A stretch of 64,000 nt of DNA, taken from an uncultured Ignavibacterium sp. GTDB taxonomy: Bacteria > Bacteroidota > Ignavibacteria > Tepidaquicellales > Tepidaquicellaceae. The translations under genes and the position numbers were made by a program. This document shows positions 1 through 9,609 of the stretch, piece after piece. The stretch is from contig CAZAEK010000008.1 of assembly GCA_964484125.1 (NCBI GenBank), forward strand, positions 24,868-88,867, given 5' to 3'. The notes below the pieces were generated by a model, which saw nothing but the letters and a program-made list of their open reading frames with translations, was not told where the DNA came from and did not search any database. Numbering within the stretch: position 1 is the stretch's first letter; each line of letters opens with the position of its first letter.

Positions 1-1533
1 TCCGTCAATTCCGTGAATGTGTGGTAAGGTTTCTATACATCCGTTTTCGGATACAACCCTCTTATCCACAAAATCCGAGGCATTTTCAAGTTCAAATTCA
101 GGGTGTGATTCTAAAAAGTTTTTTACAATCTCGTAATTTTCTTCCGGCTCTATTGTACAGGTACTGTAAACCAAAACTCCGCCTGTTTTAAGATATTTCA
201 CTGAGCTTTCAAGAATTTCCATTTGAATTTTCTGAAGTTGATATAAATCCTCGGGTTCTCTTTTCCATTTTATATCGGGTTTCTTTGAAAACACTCCGAA
301 ACCTGAACATGGTGCATCAACAAGAAGTTTATCTGCTTTTCCGATTAGTTTTGTTTTCATTGCTTCTGTCTTAGGGTCAGAAACATCGTCGTGAATAGCA
401 GTAACATTATTATATCCCAAACGTTTGAAATTACTGTTCATTTTTTCTGCTTTCAGTAAATACTTATCAATTGAAACAACCTCAGCTTTATCTCCTGAGA
501 GCTCGATTATATGAGAAGATTTTCCGCCCGGTGCAGCACAAACATCGAGTATTACTTCTCTTTCTTTTGGGTCTAAAAGATGTGAAATCAATCCTGCACT
601 TTCATCCTGAATGGAAAAAAATCCATTCTTAAACATTTCATCATCATAAAGTTTTGAGAAAGTTCTCACCGTATAAAATTCACTTAGATAAATTGATTTT
701 GCAAAGTTTATATTTTTACTGCTCAGATAATTTTCAAACTCTTCATTTGTTGTTTTTAGTTTGTTGATTCTGATATTTATTCCGGGACGTCTGTTGTTTG
801 CCTCGCAAAGTTTAACAGTATTATCAAATCCATATCTCGAAATCCATCTCCTGACTATCCAGTTCGGATGTGATTGTACTATACCGAGATAATTTACTTC
901 ATCAATTTCCCTTGTAGGCCAGACTAATGCATCAAGAGTTCTTAAAATAGTTCTCAGCAATCCGTTAACAACACCGGCATGCTTTTCTCCATGAATAGTT
1001 TTTATAAACTCAACTGCTTCATTAACTGCTGCAGAGTATGGTATCTTGTTAAGGAATAAAATCTGATAGAGAGCAACTCTCATGGCATTTTTGATTTCAG
1101 GAACGCATTTCTCATAATTGCCCCTGTAAAATCCATTCAGAAACCAGTCAAGTCTTCTCATCCATCTAACGACTCCGTTAGCGAGTTCATTTAAAAGTGA
1201 TTTATCAAAATCATTAAGATTTTTATTTGTTCTGATTTCATTATCAATCAGTCTCTCAAGTTTTGAATCAGACCTCTCATACCTGCAAATAATTTTAACC
1301 GCGCAGGAACGTGCATCTTTATAAATAAATTTATTATAATCCATTAAATTTAATTCTTTCGGGTAATAATCAACAACGGAAAATTTTTTATCTTCAGATG
1401 GAACCTCAAATCCGGTTTCTATCTGAAAACCGCCTTCTGTATTTATATCGTTTTCAGAATCTGAATAATTATATGAATTTTTATTGTCTGAATCTTCGTT
1501 TGTATTTTTATCTGTTTTATTATTTTCTTCCAT
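1..1533 (-). CDS. rsmB: 16S rRNA (cytosine-C5) methyltransferase, RsmB/Sun (NOL1/NOP2) family; the 3' end runs off the window; absent from the supplied ORF track
   Basis: My own minus-strand translation starts at the ATG (complement of 1531-1533), with an in-frame TGA five codons upstream. It stays open for 511 codons to position 1. Motifs read: ...ILDVCAAPGGKSSHI... (SAM site), ...KLLVDAPCSGFGVF..., ...GGVLVYSTCTIEPEEN... There is a NusB-like N-terminal region after an Asn/Asp-rich extension. Confidence 0.85.
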   Translation of the reverse strand, partial: MEENNKTDKNTNEDSDNKNSYNYSDSENDINTEGGFQIETGFEVPSEDKKFSVVDYYPKELNLMDYNKFIYKDARSCAVKIICRYERSDSKLERLIDNEIRTNKNLNDFDKSLLNELANGVVRWMRRLDWFLNGFYRGNYEKCVPEIKNAMRVALYQILFLNKIPYSAAVNEAVEFIKTIHGEKHAGVVNGLLRTILRTLDALVWPTREIDEVNYLGIVQSHPNWIVRRWISRYGFDNTVKLCEANNRRPGINIRINKLKTTNEEFENYLSSKNINFAKSIYLSEFYTVRTFSKLYDDEMFKNGFFSIQDESAGLISHLLDPKEREVILDVCAAPGGKSSHIIELSGDKAEVVSIDKYLLKAEKMNSNFKRLGYNNVTAIHDDVSDPKTEAMKTKLIGKADKLLVDAPCSGFGVFSKKPDIKWKREPEDLYQLQKIQMEILESSVKYLKTGGVLVYSTCTIEPEENYEIVKNFLESHPEFELENASDFVDKRVVSENGCIETLPHIHGIDG

Positions 1534-1578
1534 AAAGGAAGATAGTCAATCTGCTTTATATATTAAATGTAATAGAAA

Positions 1579-3600
1579 TTACTCATATAATTCATCTGAA
1601 ATACCATCTGAGTCAATTAATATTACGGGGCATTTTTCAAGAGCATTGATAAAGTGTTTACCGTATGTTTTTGTAATTACTCTTGTATCCAAAATAGCAA
1701 TAATTCCCTTATCATTTTTATTTCTGATTAATCTTCCGGCACCCTGCCTGAATTTGAAAATTGCTTCCGGTAGCTGATAATCCATAAAGCTATTTCCTCC
1801 GTTTGCATCAATATATTCAATTCTTGCCTGTACTAAAGGATGTTCAGGGACAAGAAATGGTAACCTTGTTATTATTAAACTGCTTAGGGCTTCTCCCGGA
1901 ACATCAACTCCGAGCCAGAAACTATCGAGTCCGAAAAGTACTGAATTAATGTTTTCTTTGAATGTTTCAAGCATATTCATCCGCGATATACCTTCGCCCT
2001 GAACAAGCACTTTAATTCCAGTTTCTTCAAGTAATGGTTTTAATCTTCCGGCAACATATTTCATCAGAACTGAATTTGTGAAAAGAACAAGCGCCTTCCC
2101 TTTGTTTAAATTAATAAAATATTCAATTTTTCCGGTGATAATGTTTTTATACTCTTCAGAATTTTCTTTTTGAGGAGGAGGAATATCTTTAGGAATATAA
2201 ATCTTAACCTGTTCCTGAAAATTAAAAAGTGTAGGAAGAGCTAGTGAATCAGCTTTTTCCGCTCCAAGTCTTTTCTGTAAATATTCGAAATTTCCTTTTA
2301 ATGACATTGTTGCACTTGTCATAATACAGGTATTATTTTCTTTAAAAATATTTTCCCTGAAATAATCTGATAAATCAATTGATGATTTACAAAGAGAAAT
2401 ATTAGCATCGGGCTTTTGAGACGATTTTTCAACCCAGTAAATAATCTTCGGGTCTGATTCACGTTGTTCGAGAAATGAATCTATCAGGTCATCTATTAAT
2501 GAGAATTTTGTAATAAAATCATTTAGTTCATTTTCCTGAAGTTCACTTTTACAATTATTCCTGAGTTTTTTCAGGTTATCAACTAATTCTGTTATTGCAG
2601 TTTTTAAATGGTTTGTAACAATATTTTTTTCATATACTCTTATTGCGAGTCTATTTCTGTTATTTTCGCTGGTATTGAAAACAGTTTCTTTTATCTGTTC
2701 AAAGAAAAAATTATTCAGTTCAAGGAGATTATCAAGAACTGGAATTATATGCAGCATAGGAAAAGTAACAAGAAATCCTTTTTTGGTTTTTGGATTGTAT
2801 ATCCTGAGTATATGATATTTAATCATTTCCCTTGTAACCTGAGGCATAAGTTGTTCCGCCGCAACCTGTTCGACTGTATGTGCTTCGTCAAATATTAAAA
2901 AATCATTGTGATAAAGATATCCGTCTTCTTCCGGGTCAGAACTATATCCAAAAAGTGTGAAAAATAAATAGTGATTAAGAATCAGTAAATTGGCTTCTGA
3001 TGCTTTCTTTTTAGCTCTCTGGAAAAAACATTCAGTTGTATCTGGATTACCACAGGTTTTATTTGTACATATACCCTGCTCTGCACATACGTTGTTCCAG
3101 ATATTGCTGCTTATCTGAAAATCGAGATCTGAAAGGGTTCCATCACTTGTTTGTGTAGCCCAGCGATATAATTTATCAAGTTGTTTTTTTTCATCAGTTT
3201 CAAAAAGAGTGTTAGAGTACTCAATAGCTTTTTTAAGTCTTTTCGGGCATAAGTAATTATTCTTACCCTTTAGCAGAGCATACTTAAATTCAACAGGAAG
3301 AAGTTTCTTCAGTGCTGGAATATCCTTGTTTATGAGCTGTTCCTGAAGATTAATTGTATGAGTTGAAATTACTGCTCTTTTTTCGTTATCTACTGCGTAC
3401 AGAATCGCAGGAACAAGATATGCATAACTTTTACCTATACCTGTCGGAGCTTCAATAAGAATATGTTTCTTTTTCTGAAGAGTATTGTATATTGCAATTG
3501 CCATATCACTTTGAGACTTCCTGAACTCAAATCCATCGAAAGCGTTTGAAAGTAATCCGCTTTCCGAGAAAAAACCGGTAATAAATTCTTTTCTTCCCAT
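1579..3600 (-). CDS. dinG: ATP-dependent helicase, DinG/Rad3 (XPD-like) family
   Basis: Walker A is APTGIGKSYAY and the DEAH box is FDEAHTVEQ. A Cys cluster lies between them (CPKRL, CAEQGIC, CGNPDTTEC), consistent with the Fe-S domain. The C-terminal motif is FRQGAGRLIR. 673 aa. Confidence 0.8.
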   Translation of the reverse strand: MGRKEFITGFFSESGLLSNAFDGFEFRKSQSDMAIAIYNTLQKKKHILIEAPTGIGKSYAYLVPAILYAVDNEKRAVISTHTINLQEQLINKDIPALKKLLPVEFKYALLKGKNNYLCPKRLKKAIEYSNTLFETDEKKQLDKLYRWATQTSDGTLSDLDFQISSNIWNNVCAEQGICTNKTCGNPDTTECFFQRAKKKASEANLLILNHYLFFTLFGYSSDPEEDGYLYHNDFLIFDEAHTVEQVAAEQLMPQVTREMIKYHILRIYNPKTKKGFLVTFPMLHIIPVLDNLLELNNFFFEQIKETVFNTSENNRNRLAIRVYEKNIVTNHLKTAITELVDNLKKLRNNCKSELQENELNDFITKFSLIDDLIDSFLEQRESDPKIIYWVEKSSQKPDANISLCKSSIDLSDYFRENIFKENNTCIMTSATMSLKGNFEYLQKRLGAEKADSLALPTLFNFQEQVKIYIPKDIPPPQKENSEEYKNIITGKIEYFINLNKGKALVLFTNSVLMKYVAGRLKPLLEETGIKVLVQGEGISRMNMLETFKENINSVLFGLDSFWLGVDVPGEALSSLIITRLPFLVPEHPLVQARIEYIDANGGNSFMDYQLPEAIFKFRQGAGRLIRNKNDKGIIAILDTRVITKTYGKHFINALEKCPVILIDSDGISDELYE

Positions 3601-3698
3601 AACCTTAAACTAATCATAATAAATAATTTAAAAAGCAGAAAAAAGGATACTGAAAAAAAATAATAAATAATTTAATTTGAAATATTAAAATACACTAT

Positions 3699-4235
3699 AT
3701 GAGAAAACTGACACATGCTGAAATAAAAGCAACAAGAAAAACGGCTGGAAATATAAACGACGAAGAAAGAAATCCTGTATATGTTTTATGTGATAACATC
3801 AGGAGCATATATAATGTGGGCTCTATATTCAGAACATCAGATGCCGCACTAATAAAAAAGCTTTTTTTAACTGGTTATACTCCTTATCCTCCAAGAAAGG
3901 AAATTGATAAAGTTGCACTTGGAGCAACCTTAACAGTACCCTGGGAATATTACAAAAACCCTTCAGATATAATTTTTAAATTAAAATCAGAAGGTGTTAA
4001 AATAGGAGTTCTTGAAATTACAGATTCAAAAAATTTAATATGGAATTTTAATAAAAGCGATTTACCGGTTTGCCTTATTCTTGGCAATGAAATTTCCGGA
4101 GTATCCAAAGAGTTGATTGATTTAGCTGATTTGTCATACGAAATTCCTATGTATGGTATGAAACAATCACTCAATGTATCTGTATCTTATGGAATTGCAA
4201 TTTTTGAAATTATCAGAAAAATTGTAAGTATATAA
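3699..4235 (+). CDS. SpoU/TrmH-family RNA 2'-O-methyltransferase
   Basis: 178 aa. The C-terminal knot motifs LGNEISGVS...IPMYGMKQSLNVSVSYGIAIFE are typical of SpoU methylases. Confidence 0.7.
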   Translation: MRKLTHAEIKATRKTAGNINDEERNPVYVLCDNIRSIYNVGSIFRTSDAALIKKLFLTGYTPYPPRKEIDKVALGATLTVPWEYYKNPSDIIFKLKSEGVKIGVLEITDSKNLIWNFNKSDLPVCLILGNEISGVSKELIDLADLSYEIPMYGMKQSLNVSVSYGIAIFEIIRKIVSI

Positions 4236-4363
4236 TATTATGTTATTTATAAAAAATTTTAATAATTTTTTGATATAATTTTATATTGCTTATAATAAAA
4301 TTATTTATTAAAATGCATATAAAGAACTATTTTAATTAACTAATCTAAACAAAAGGAGAAATA

Positions 4364-6418
4364 ATGAAATCTAAATTTCTTGCTTTAATTCCAGTAGCAT
4401 TAATCGGATTATTATTAGCCGGTTTTGCTTACGTCCAGATCGGCGACCCAAATGCCGATGTTTCACCTACAGTAAATAATGAATTCGTTTCAAACGAAGC
4501 GGATACAATTCCTCCTCCGGGATTCCCTTATCCAACAGTGTTCAATTTTAACTATAGCTTAATAGGCGGAATGAACGGCGGTACAGTTGGTGCAATGTGG
4601 CTAAACGGAAAATACTATTTCAACAGATGGAATGGTACTATGATTTACAGATATAACGATAACGGTCCAGGTGGCGGTCCCGGTACACTTGCTGACTCTA
4701 TTACTTATGTCGGTTCATGCAGAGACCTTGCAACAGACGGTACTTATCTTTATGGCGGTCCGGCATCAACAGTTCTTTACAGACTGGATCCAAACACCGG
4801 TGCAACACTTAAGACCTTCTCCCTTGCAGGCGGCTCAACAAGAGCATTAGCATGGGATCCGAACAGAAAAGGTTTCTGGAACACAAACTTTGGCGGAAAC
4901 ATTTTCTTCCACGATACCAATGGTGTTTTAAAACAAACTATCACTTCGACCCTGACTGCAAAGTATGGTATGGGATTTGACTCAACCTCTTCACCAGACT
5001 CCGCATTCTTATGGGTATGGAATCAGGGTACAGGAAGTACTACAAATGAATTATACAAAATTCATATCCAATCAGGTATTGTAAAAGCTTCCTATATCTT
5101 TACATTAACAGGTATTTCAGTTGGTATCGCAGGCGGCGCAGAAGTACTGGTAAAAGACAATAAACTTATGCTTCTTTTAAACTTCCAGAACCAGGCATTA
5201 GTAGGAAAGAAGTTAAAAGATTTAGCTCCTCCGGCACCCTCAGTATGGTCTGAGCAGACCTCACCTTTAACTACAGCTTTATATTCAGTATCCGCAGTTG
5301 ATGATTTTGTAGCATGGGCTTGCGGTGCTGCTGGTAAAGTTTTAAGAACAACAAACAAAGGTGTTAACTGGGTAAACGTCAGTGGTAACATACCGGCATC
5401 TGGCGACTTATACAATATTTTTGCTCTTAACAGTACAACAGCTCTTGTAACATCTTCTCCTGCTGCAGGAACTTATATTTATCTAACAACAAACGGAGGA
5501 GCAAACTGGACTCAGACTCTCTTCCAGGCAGGTGGCTTCTGTAATGCATTATGGATGACTGACGCAAACAATGCTTATGCAGTGGGTGATCCTGTAGGCG
5601 GAAACTGGTTCCTGAAGAGGTCAACCAATGGCGGACTTAACTGGTCAGACTGGGGCACAGTACCTTCAACACAGGCAGGATGGAACAACTCTCTTATGAT
5701 AATCGGAACTAATGTCTGGTTTGGAACAAATGCCAATTACATAATGTATTCTTCCAATATGGGAGCTAACTGGTCACAGCAGACAACAACCTTTACAAAC
5801 CAATATGCAGTATGGTTCAACAGCGCAACAGTTGGTTTAGCAGGATACAATGCACTTAACGTTACAACTAATGGTGGTGCAAACTGGTCAGCTCTTACTT
5901 CCCCAGTAACAACTAACGTTGGCGGTATTACCGGAAGCGGCAGTGACTGGTGGGTTGCAACACAGAATACAACAATCCATTATTCATCAAACAACGGTGC
6001 AAACTGGTCAACCCAATACACTGCTCCCAATGGTGTTTGGTATCACATTAATAAATCAAGAAGCGGCAACACAATCTGGGCAGTCAGAAATAATGGAAAG
6101 ATTGCAAGATATGGAACTGCTTTAAGTGTTACACCTATCGGTACAACAACACCAACAGAATTCTCATTATCACAGAACTATCCGAATCCTTTCAACCCTT
6201 CAACAAGTATCAATTTCTCAATTCCAAAGAGCGGATTGGTAACAATGAAGGTATTTGATATTCTCGGAAAAGAAGTTGCCACACTTGTAAATGGTAATTA
6301 CAATGCCGGCAGCTACACTGTTGATTTCAATGCTTCAAATCTTGCTTCAGGTGTTTATTTCTACAGAATAGAAGTAAATGGCTTCAGCGAAGTTAAGAGA
6401 ATGATGTTAGTAAAATAA
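4364..6418 (+). CDS. Secreted BNR/Ycf48-like beta-propeller repeat protein with T9SS C-terminal sorting domain
   Basis: It has a signal/anchor segment and six repeats of the type (T/S)(T/S)N-G-(G/A)-NW-(S/T). The C-terminus is SQNYPNPFNPSTSINF...GVYFYRIEVNGFSEVKRMMLVK (Por secretion tail-like). An AAGGAGA SD lies upstream. Confidence 0.7.
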   Translation: MKSKFLALIPVALIGLLLAGFAYVQIGDPNADVSPTVNNEFVSNEADTIPPPGFPYPTVFNFNYSLIGGMNGGTVGAMWLNGKYYFNRWNGTMIYRYNDNGPGGGPGTLADSITYVGSCRDLATDGTYLYGGPASTVLYRLDPNTGATLKTFSLAGGSTRALAWDPNRKGFWNTNFGGNIFFHDTNGVLKQTITSTLTAKYGMGFDSTSSPDSAFLWVWNQGTGSTTNELYKIHIQSGIVKASYIFTLTGISVGIAGGAEVLVKDNKLMLLLNFQNQALVGKKLKDLAPPAPSVWSEQTSPLTTALYSVSAVDDFVAWACGAAGKVLRTTNKGVNWVNVSGNIPASGDLYNIFALNSTTALVTSSPAAGTYIYLTTNGGANWTQTLFQAGGFCNALWMTDANNAYAVGDPVGGNWFLKRSTNGGLNWSDWGTVPSTQAGWNNSLMIIGTNVWFGTNANYIMYSSNMGANWSQQTTTFTNQYAVWFNSATVGLAGYNALNVTTNGGANWSALTSPVTTNVGGITGSGSDWWVATQNTTIHYSSNNGANWSTQYTAPNGVWYHINKSRSGNTIWAVRNNGKIARYGTALSVTPIGTTTPTEFSLSQNYPNPFNPSTSINFSIPKSGLVTMKVFDILGKEVATLVNGNYNAGSYTVDFNASNLASGVYFYRIEVNGFSEVKRMMLVK

Positions 6419-6420
6419 TA
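6321..6420 (+). repeat. Copy 1 of a roughly 100-nt near-identical segment (3' end of the T9SS CTD coding region)
   Basis: By eye it differs from 8391-8490 at only 2 positions. The last 32 aa of both proteins are identical. Confidence 0.85.
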
Positions 6421-6443
6421 TAGCATTTTATTAATTTTATACT

Positions 6444-6481
6444 GCCTCTGCCGTGAAAACGGCAGGGGCTTTTTTTTTTTA
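6444..6481 (+). terminator. Rho-independent terminator
   Basis: Stem is GCCTCTGCCG-tgaaaa-CGGCAGGGGC (10 bp, one G-U), followed by a T run of at least 10. Confidence 0.8.
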
Positions 6482-6496
6482 AAAATACAAAATAAC

Positions 6497-6525
6497 TTGA
6501 TGAATTTATGAATTTTTGTTATAAT
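6497..6525 (+). promoter_or_regulatory. Sigma-70-like promoter candidate for the Kelch/T9SS gene
   Basis: TTGATG, a 17-nt spacer, then TATAAT (6520-6525), about 35 nt upstream of the ATG at 6560. Confidence 0.4.
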
Positions 6526-6559
6526 AGAAAAACATTTCTTAATAAAATAAGGAGCAAAC

Positions 6560-8488
6560 ATGACACGTAACAAAACAATTCTACTTAGTTCCGTTTTTGT
6601 TCTTTTGCTTGGTGTAACATTGGGATTTATTATGCAAGATCCTTTTGGTTCAAAAACACCTGCAAATTCAGATCAAAAACCTTATGTCAGCAATGGGTCA
6701 GGTATTCAAACTGATGGTACCCCAATTTATACCGACAACTTTGATGGCAATAATGATACAACTGCCTTAAGGTCAAGAGGATATTTGATTTATCAAATGT
6801 CAACCCCAAGAGGTTCTACGTTCTGGTTTCAGGGAAATTCAGGAGTTTTCGCTGCATATAACGGACCAACAACCGGATATGTAGGTGCTAACTTCAATGC
6901 AACTACTGGTGTAGGTCAAATTGATGTCTGGATGGTAACACCTAAAATCAGTGGTGGTTTAATTGCCGGCGATTCACTTTATTTCTGGTCAAGATCCCCC
7001 AATGCCAGTACTTATCCTGATTCTATCAGAGTTATGTATTCAGTCAGTGACTCAACTCCTTCCGGAACCTGGACTGAACTCGGCAGATTTAAGGTCAGTA
7101 CCTCTGGATGGTTACTTAAAGGATTCAGAGCACCAACAGCAAGTGCAAACGGAAGATTTGCAATCAGATATAATGTTGCAAATGGCGGTCCTTTAGGTTC
7201 AAACAGCGATTATATTGGTATTGACGCTTTAAATATTATCAGAACAAGCGGACCTACTTCTACTATTTTCGCTTCAGTCTGGTGTCCCTTAAATACATAT
7301 CCTGTATTACCAGCAGCAACATATTTCCAGGCAGCAGCATGGCTTGGTGATACATTATATGTACAGGCACCCTCAACAACCGGCGCTGCTCAGACAACAA
7401 TCTATAGATACAAAATCGGTGGAACCTGGACAACAGGTGTTCCATGCTTAGTAGGTGTAACAGGTGCAACCTTAACAGCAGCAAACGGGAAATTATATCT
7501 GATTGGTGGCGGTACAACTTCAGTAACAACCGGCTCAAACAACGTACAGGAATACAATCCTGCAACAGGGACCTGGACAGCCAAAGCACCATTACCAGCG
7601 GCACTTTCCGCACATGGAACAGTAAACTGGGGTGATAGCGTACTGTTTGTAGTAGGCGGTCCATATACCGGTTCAAACACAAACCAGGCAGTTCACTATT
7701 ACAGAATAGCGTCAAATACCTGGGGTACACTGGCAACATCATTACCTGCAGGTCAGGGCAGACGCTCACAAGCAACTGGAATAGTAGGTAATAAAATCAT
7801 CATAGCTGCCGGATATAATACAGCATTTTTAAAGAATATGTATATCGGTACAATCGGTAGCGATGCAACACAATTGACATGGACTGCAGGTCCGGATGTA
7901 CCAACTCCATGGACAGGAATTTCAAGAACCGGCGGTGCAGGATATTACCCGTTGTTTTATCTTGTAGGCGGTGAAAGAGGTGGAGTAGGCGGATACAGCG
8001 ATTCCACATTCGTATTCAACACATTAACTAATACGTGGCAATTAGCAGTAGATAATAAACCTGTAGCAGTGTCAAATATATGGGCAGGCGTTGCAATAAA
8101 GAAAATAAATGATACAGTGAAAGTATTTGTACCTGGCGGATATAATGGAACTCCAAGTGCAACATTTGATGTACTTGGTTGCGGCGGAACAATAACAGAA
8201 GTAAAGAATATAAGCACTGTACCGGCAGATTATTCGTTAAGCCAGAACTATCCGAATCCGTTTAACCCTACAACAAAGATTAACTTCTCAATTCCGAAGA
8301 ACGGTATCGTAACTCTTAAAGTTTATGATATTCTTGGAAAAGAAGTAGCAACACTTGTTAACGGCGAGAAAACAGCTGGTTCTTATATTGTTGATTTCAA
8401 CGCTTCAAATCTTGCTTCAGGTGTTTATTTCTACAGAATAGAAGTAAATGGCTTCAGCGAAGTTAAGAGAATGATGTTGGTAAAATAA
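6560..8488 (+). CDS. Secreted Kelch-repeat protein with N-terminal adhesin-like domain and T9SS C-terminal sorting domain
   Basis: It has a signal/anchor segment. Kelch-like repeats include GKLYLIGG, VLFVVGGPY, KIIIAAGYN, LFYLVGGERG and VFVPGGYNG. The C-terminus is SQNYPNPFNPTTKINF...YFYRIEVNGFSEVKRMMLVK. Confidence 0.7.
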   Translation: MTRNKTILLSSVFVLLLGVTLGFIMQDPFGSKTPANSDQKPYVSNGSGIQTDGTPIYTDNFDGNNDTTALRSRGYLIYQMSTPRGSTFWFQGNSGVFAAYNGPTTGYVGANFNATTGVGQIDVWMVTPKISGGLIAGDSLYFWSRSPNASTYPDSIRVMYSVSDSTPSGTWTELGRFKVSTSGWLLKGFRAPTASANGRFAIRYNVANGGPLGSNSDYIGIDALNIIRTSGPTSTIFASVWCPLNTYPVLPAATYFQAAAWLGDTLYVQAPSTTGAAQTTIYRYKIGGTWTTGVPCLVGVTGATLTAANGKLYLIGGGTTSVTTGSNNVQEYNPATGTWTAKAPLPAALSAHGTVNWGDSVLFVVGGPYTGSNTNQAVHYYRIASNTWGTLATSLPAGQGRRSQATGIVGNKIIIAAGYNTAFLKNMYIGTIGSDATQLTWTAGPDVPTPWTGISRTGGAGYYPLFYLVGGERGGVGGYSDSTFVFNTLTNTWQLAVDNKPVAVSNIWAGVAIKKINDTVKVFVPGGYNGTPSATFDVLGCGGTITEVKNISTVPADYSLSQNYPNPFNPTTKINFSIPKNGIVTLKVYDILGKEVATLVNGEKTAGSYIVDFNASNLASGVYFYRIEVNGFSEVKRMMLVK

Positions 8489-8490
8489 TA
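8391..8490 (+). repeat. Copy 2 of the roughly 100-nt near-identical CTD segment
   Basis: See 6321-6420. Confidence 0.85.
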
Positions 8491-8514
8491 TATATCAAAA
8501 TATTTTTTTTAGAA

Positions 8515-8546
8515 AAGTGCGACTCGATGGGGTCGCACTTTTTTTG
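8515..8546 (+). terminator. Rho-independent terminator
   Basis: Stem is GTGCGAC-tcgatgg-GGTCGCAC, followed by TTTTTTT. Confidence 0.8.
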
Positions 8547-8566
8547 TTTTATTATAATGATTTCTG

Positions 8567-8634
8567 CTACAAACATTAAACCCCTAAGGGGTTTATGCAT
8601 ACGAAACGACTCCATAGGAGTCGTATGTTTGTAG
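8567..8634. other. 68-nt structured element (three-way junction) between convergent genes; possibly tandem terminators for the minus-strand operon
   Basis: The outer perfect 10-bp stem CTACAAACAT/ATGTTTGTAG encloses two hairpins: AAACCCC-taa-GGGGTTT and ACGACTCC-ata-GGAGTCGT. Confidence 0.4.
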
Positions 8635-8643
8635 AAAGGAATT

Positions 8644-9609
8644 TTAGAACTCTCTTGCTGAAACAAAATTTAGCAATGAAAGCATACTGCTTTTAACGTC
8701 GGAATCAGAAAAAATGTTCAGTGATTCTTTTGCTCTTGTGCAATACTCCTCAGTTTTTTGAGCAGTATAATCAATTCCCCCAAACTCTGTTACAAAATAA
8801 TATACCTCTTCAAATTTCTTTTTCTCATCTCCTTTAATAAGTTTCATTATTTCTGAAGCACGTTTTTTAGGAGCATTATTAAGAGAATAAATAAGAGGTA
8901 ATGTAAACTTTTTTTCCTTTAAATCATTACCTGTGGATTTACCGAGCAAGCTTTTTCTGCCCGTATAATCAAGCGCATCATCCCGGAGTTGAAATGCAAT
9001 GCCAAGATTTTCACCGAAATCAGACAAAGCTTCTATTAGATTATTATTATTTGTTGTGCTGATAGCTCCAAGTTTACAACATGATTTAATAAGCGATGCT
9101 GTTTTATCTGAAATTACTTTGAAATATGTTTCTTCAGTTGCATCAAAGTTTCTTGCTTTCTGAATTTGTAAAAGTTCGCCCTCGCTCATTCTTCTTACTG
9201 CTTCAGAAGTTGCGTGAAGAAAGTCATATTCTTTATTATCAAGAGAAATAAGCAATCCCTGTGAAAGTAAATAATCCCCAATCAAAACAGCTGCCTTATT
9301 TTTCCAAACTGCGTTAATTGACGCAAGACCTCTTCTTGTCTTTGCGTCATCAACGACGTCATCATGAATTAATGTGGCAGCATGTAAAAGTTCAACTAGA
9401 TTAGCCGCTATATAGCTTCTATGATTTATCTTACCGCAGAGTTTGGCACTTAGTAAAACTAACACAGGCCTGATTTTTTTACCCTTTTGTTTTAAAATAT
9501 ATTTCATTATTAAATCAAGCAGAGCAACCTTTGACTTCAAAACAGAAGCAAATTGCTTTTGAAATTCCTCCAACTCCGATTGTATAGGTGCTATTATTTC
9601 TTTATTCAT
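8644..9609 (-). CDS. Polyprenyl diphosphate synthase (trans-IPPS, octa/heptaprenyl type)
   Basis: First Asp-rich motif is LIHDDVVDD and the second is FQLRDDALD. 321 aa. Confidence 0.8.
   Translation of the reverse strand: MNKEIIAPIQSELEEFQKQFASVLKSKVALLDLIMKYILKQKGKKIRPVLVLLSAKLCGKINHRSYIAANLVELLHAATLIHDDVVDDAKTRRGLASINAVWKNKAAVLIGDYLLSQGLLISLDNKEYDFLHATSEAVRRMSEGELLQIQKARNFDATEETYFKVISDKTASLIKSCCKLGAISTTNNNNLIEALSDFGENLGIAFQLRDDALDYTGRKSLLGKSTGNDLKEKKFTLPLIYSLNNAPKKRASEIMKLIKGDEKKKFEEVYYFVTEFGGIDYTAQKTEEYCTRAKESLNIFSDSDVKSSMLSLLNFVSAREF

Noticed and set aside
1484-1777. A 97-aa plus-strand ORF spanning the rsmB start and the dinG end.
   Set aside because: It is antisense to two well-supported minus-strand genes. 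The product is hydrophobic low-complexity sequence.
7263-7775. A 170-aa minus-strand ORF, with other ORFs at 6963-7196, 7402-7680, 7444-7635, 7800-8009 and 7957-8217, inside the Kelch/T9SS gene.
   Set aside because: All are nested in or antisense to a gene with clear signal peptide, Kelch repeats and CTD. Their products are low-complexity (Leu/Arg/Ser-rich) with no motifs. Long shadow ORFs are expected in this locally GC-richer gene.
8567-8634. Possible tRNA or tRNA-like gene, considered because it is a GC-rich structured stretch of about 70 nt.
   Set aside because: It has only two internal hairpins with 3-nt loops. There is no 7-nt anticodon loop, no T-loop GTTC motif, and the closing stem is 10 bp, so it is not a cloverleaf.
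8463-8666. A 67-aa minus-strand ORF in the convergent intergenic region.
   Set aside because: It runs through two terminator hairpins and the 68-nt structured element. The sequence is explained better as RNA structure than as coding.
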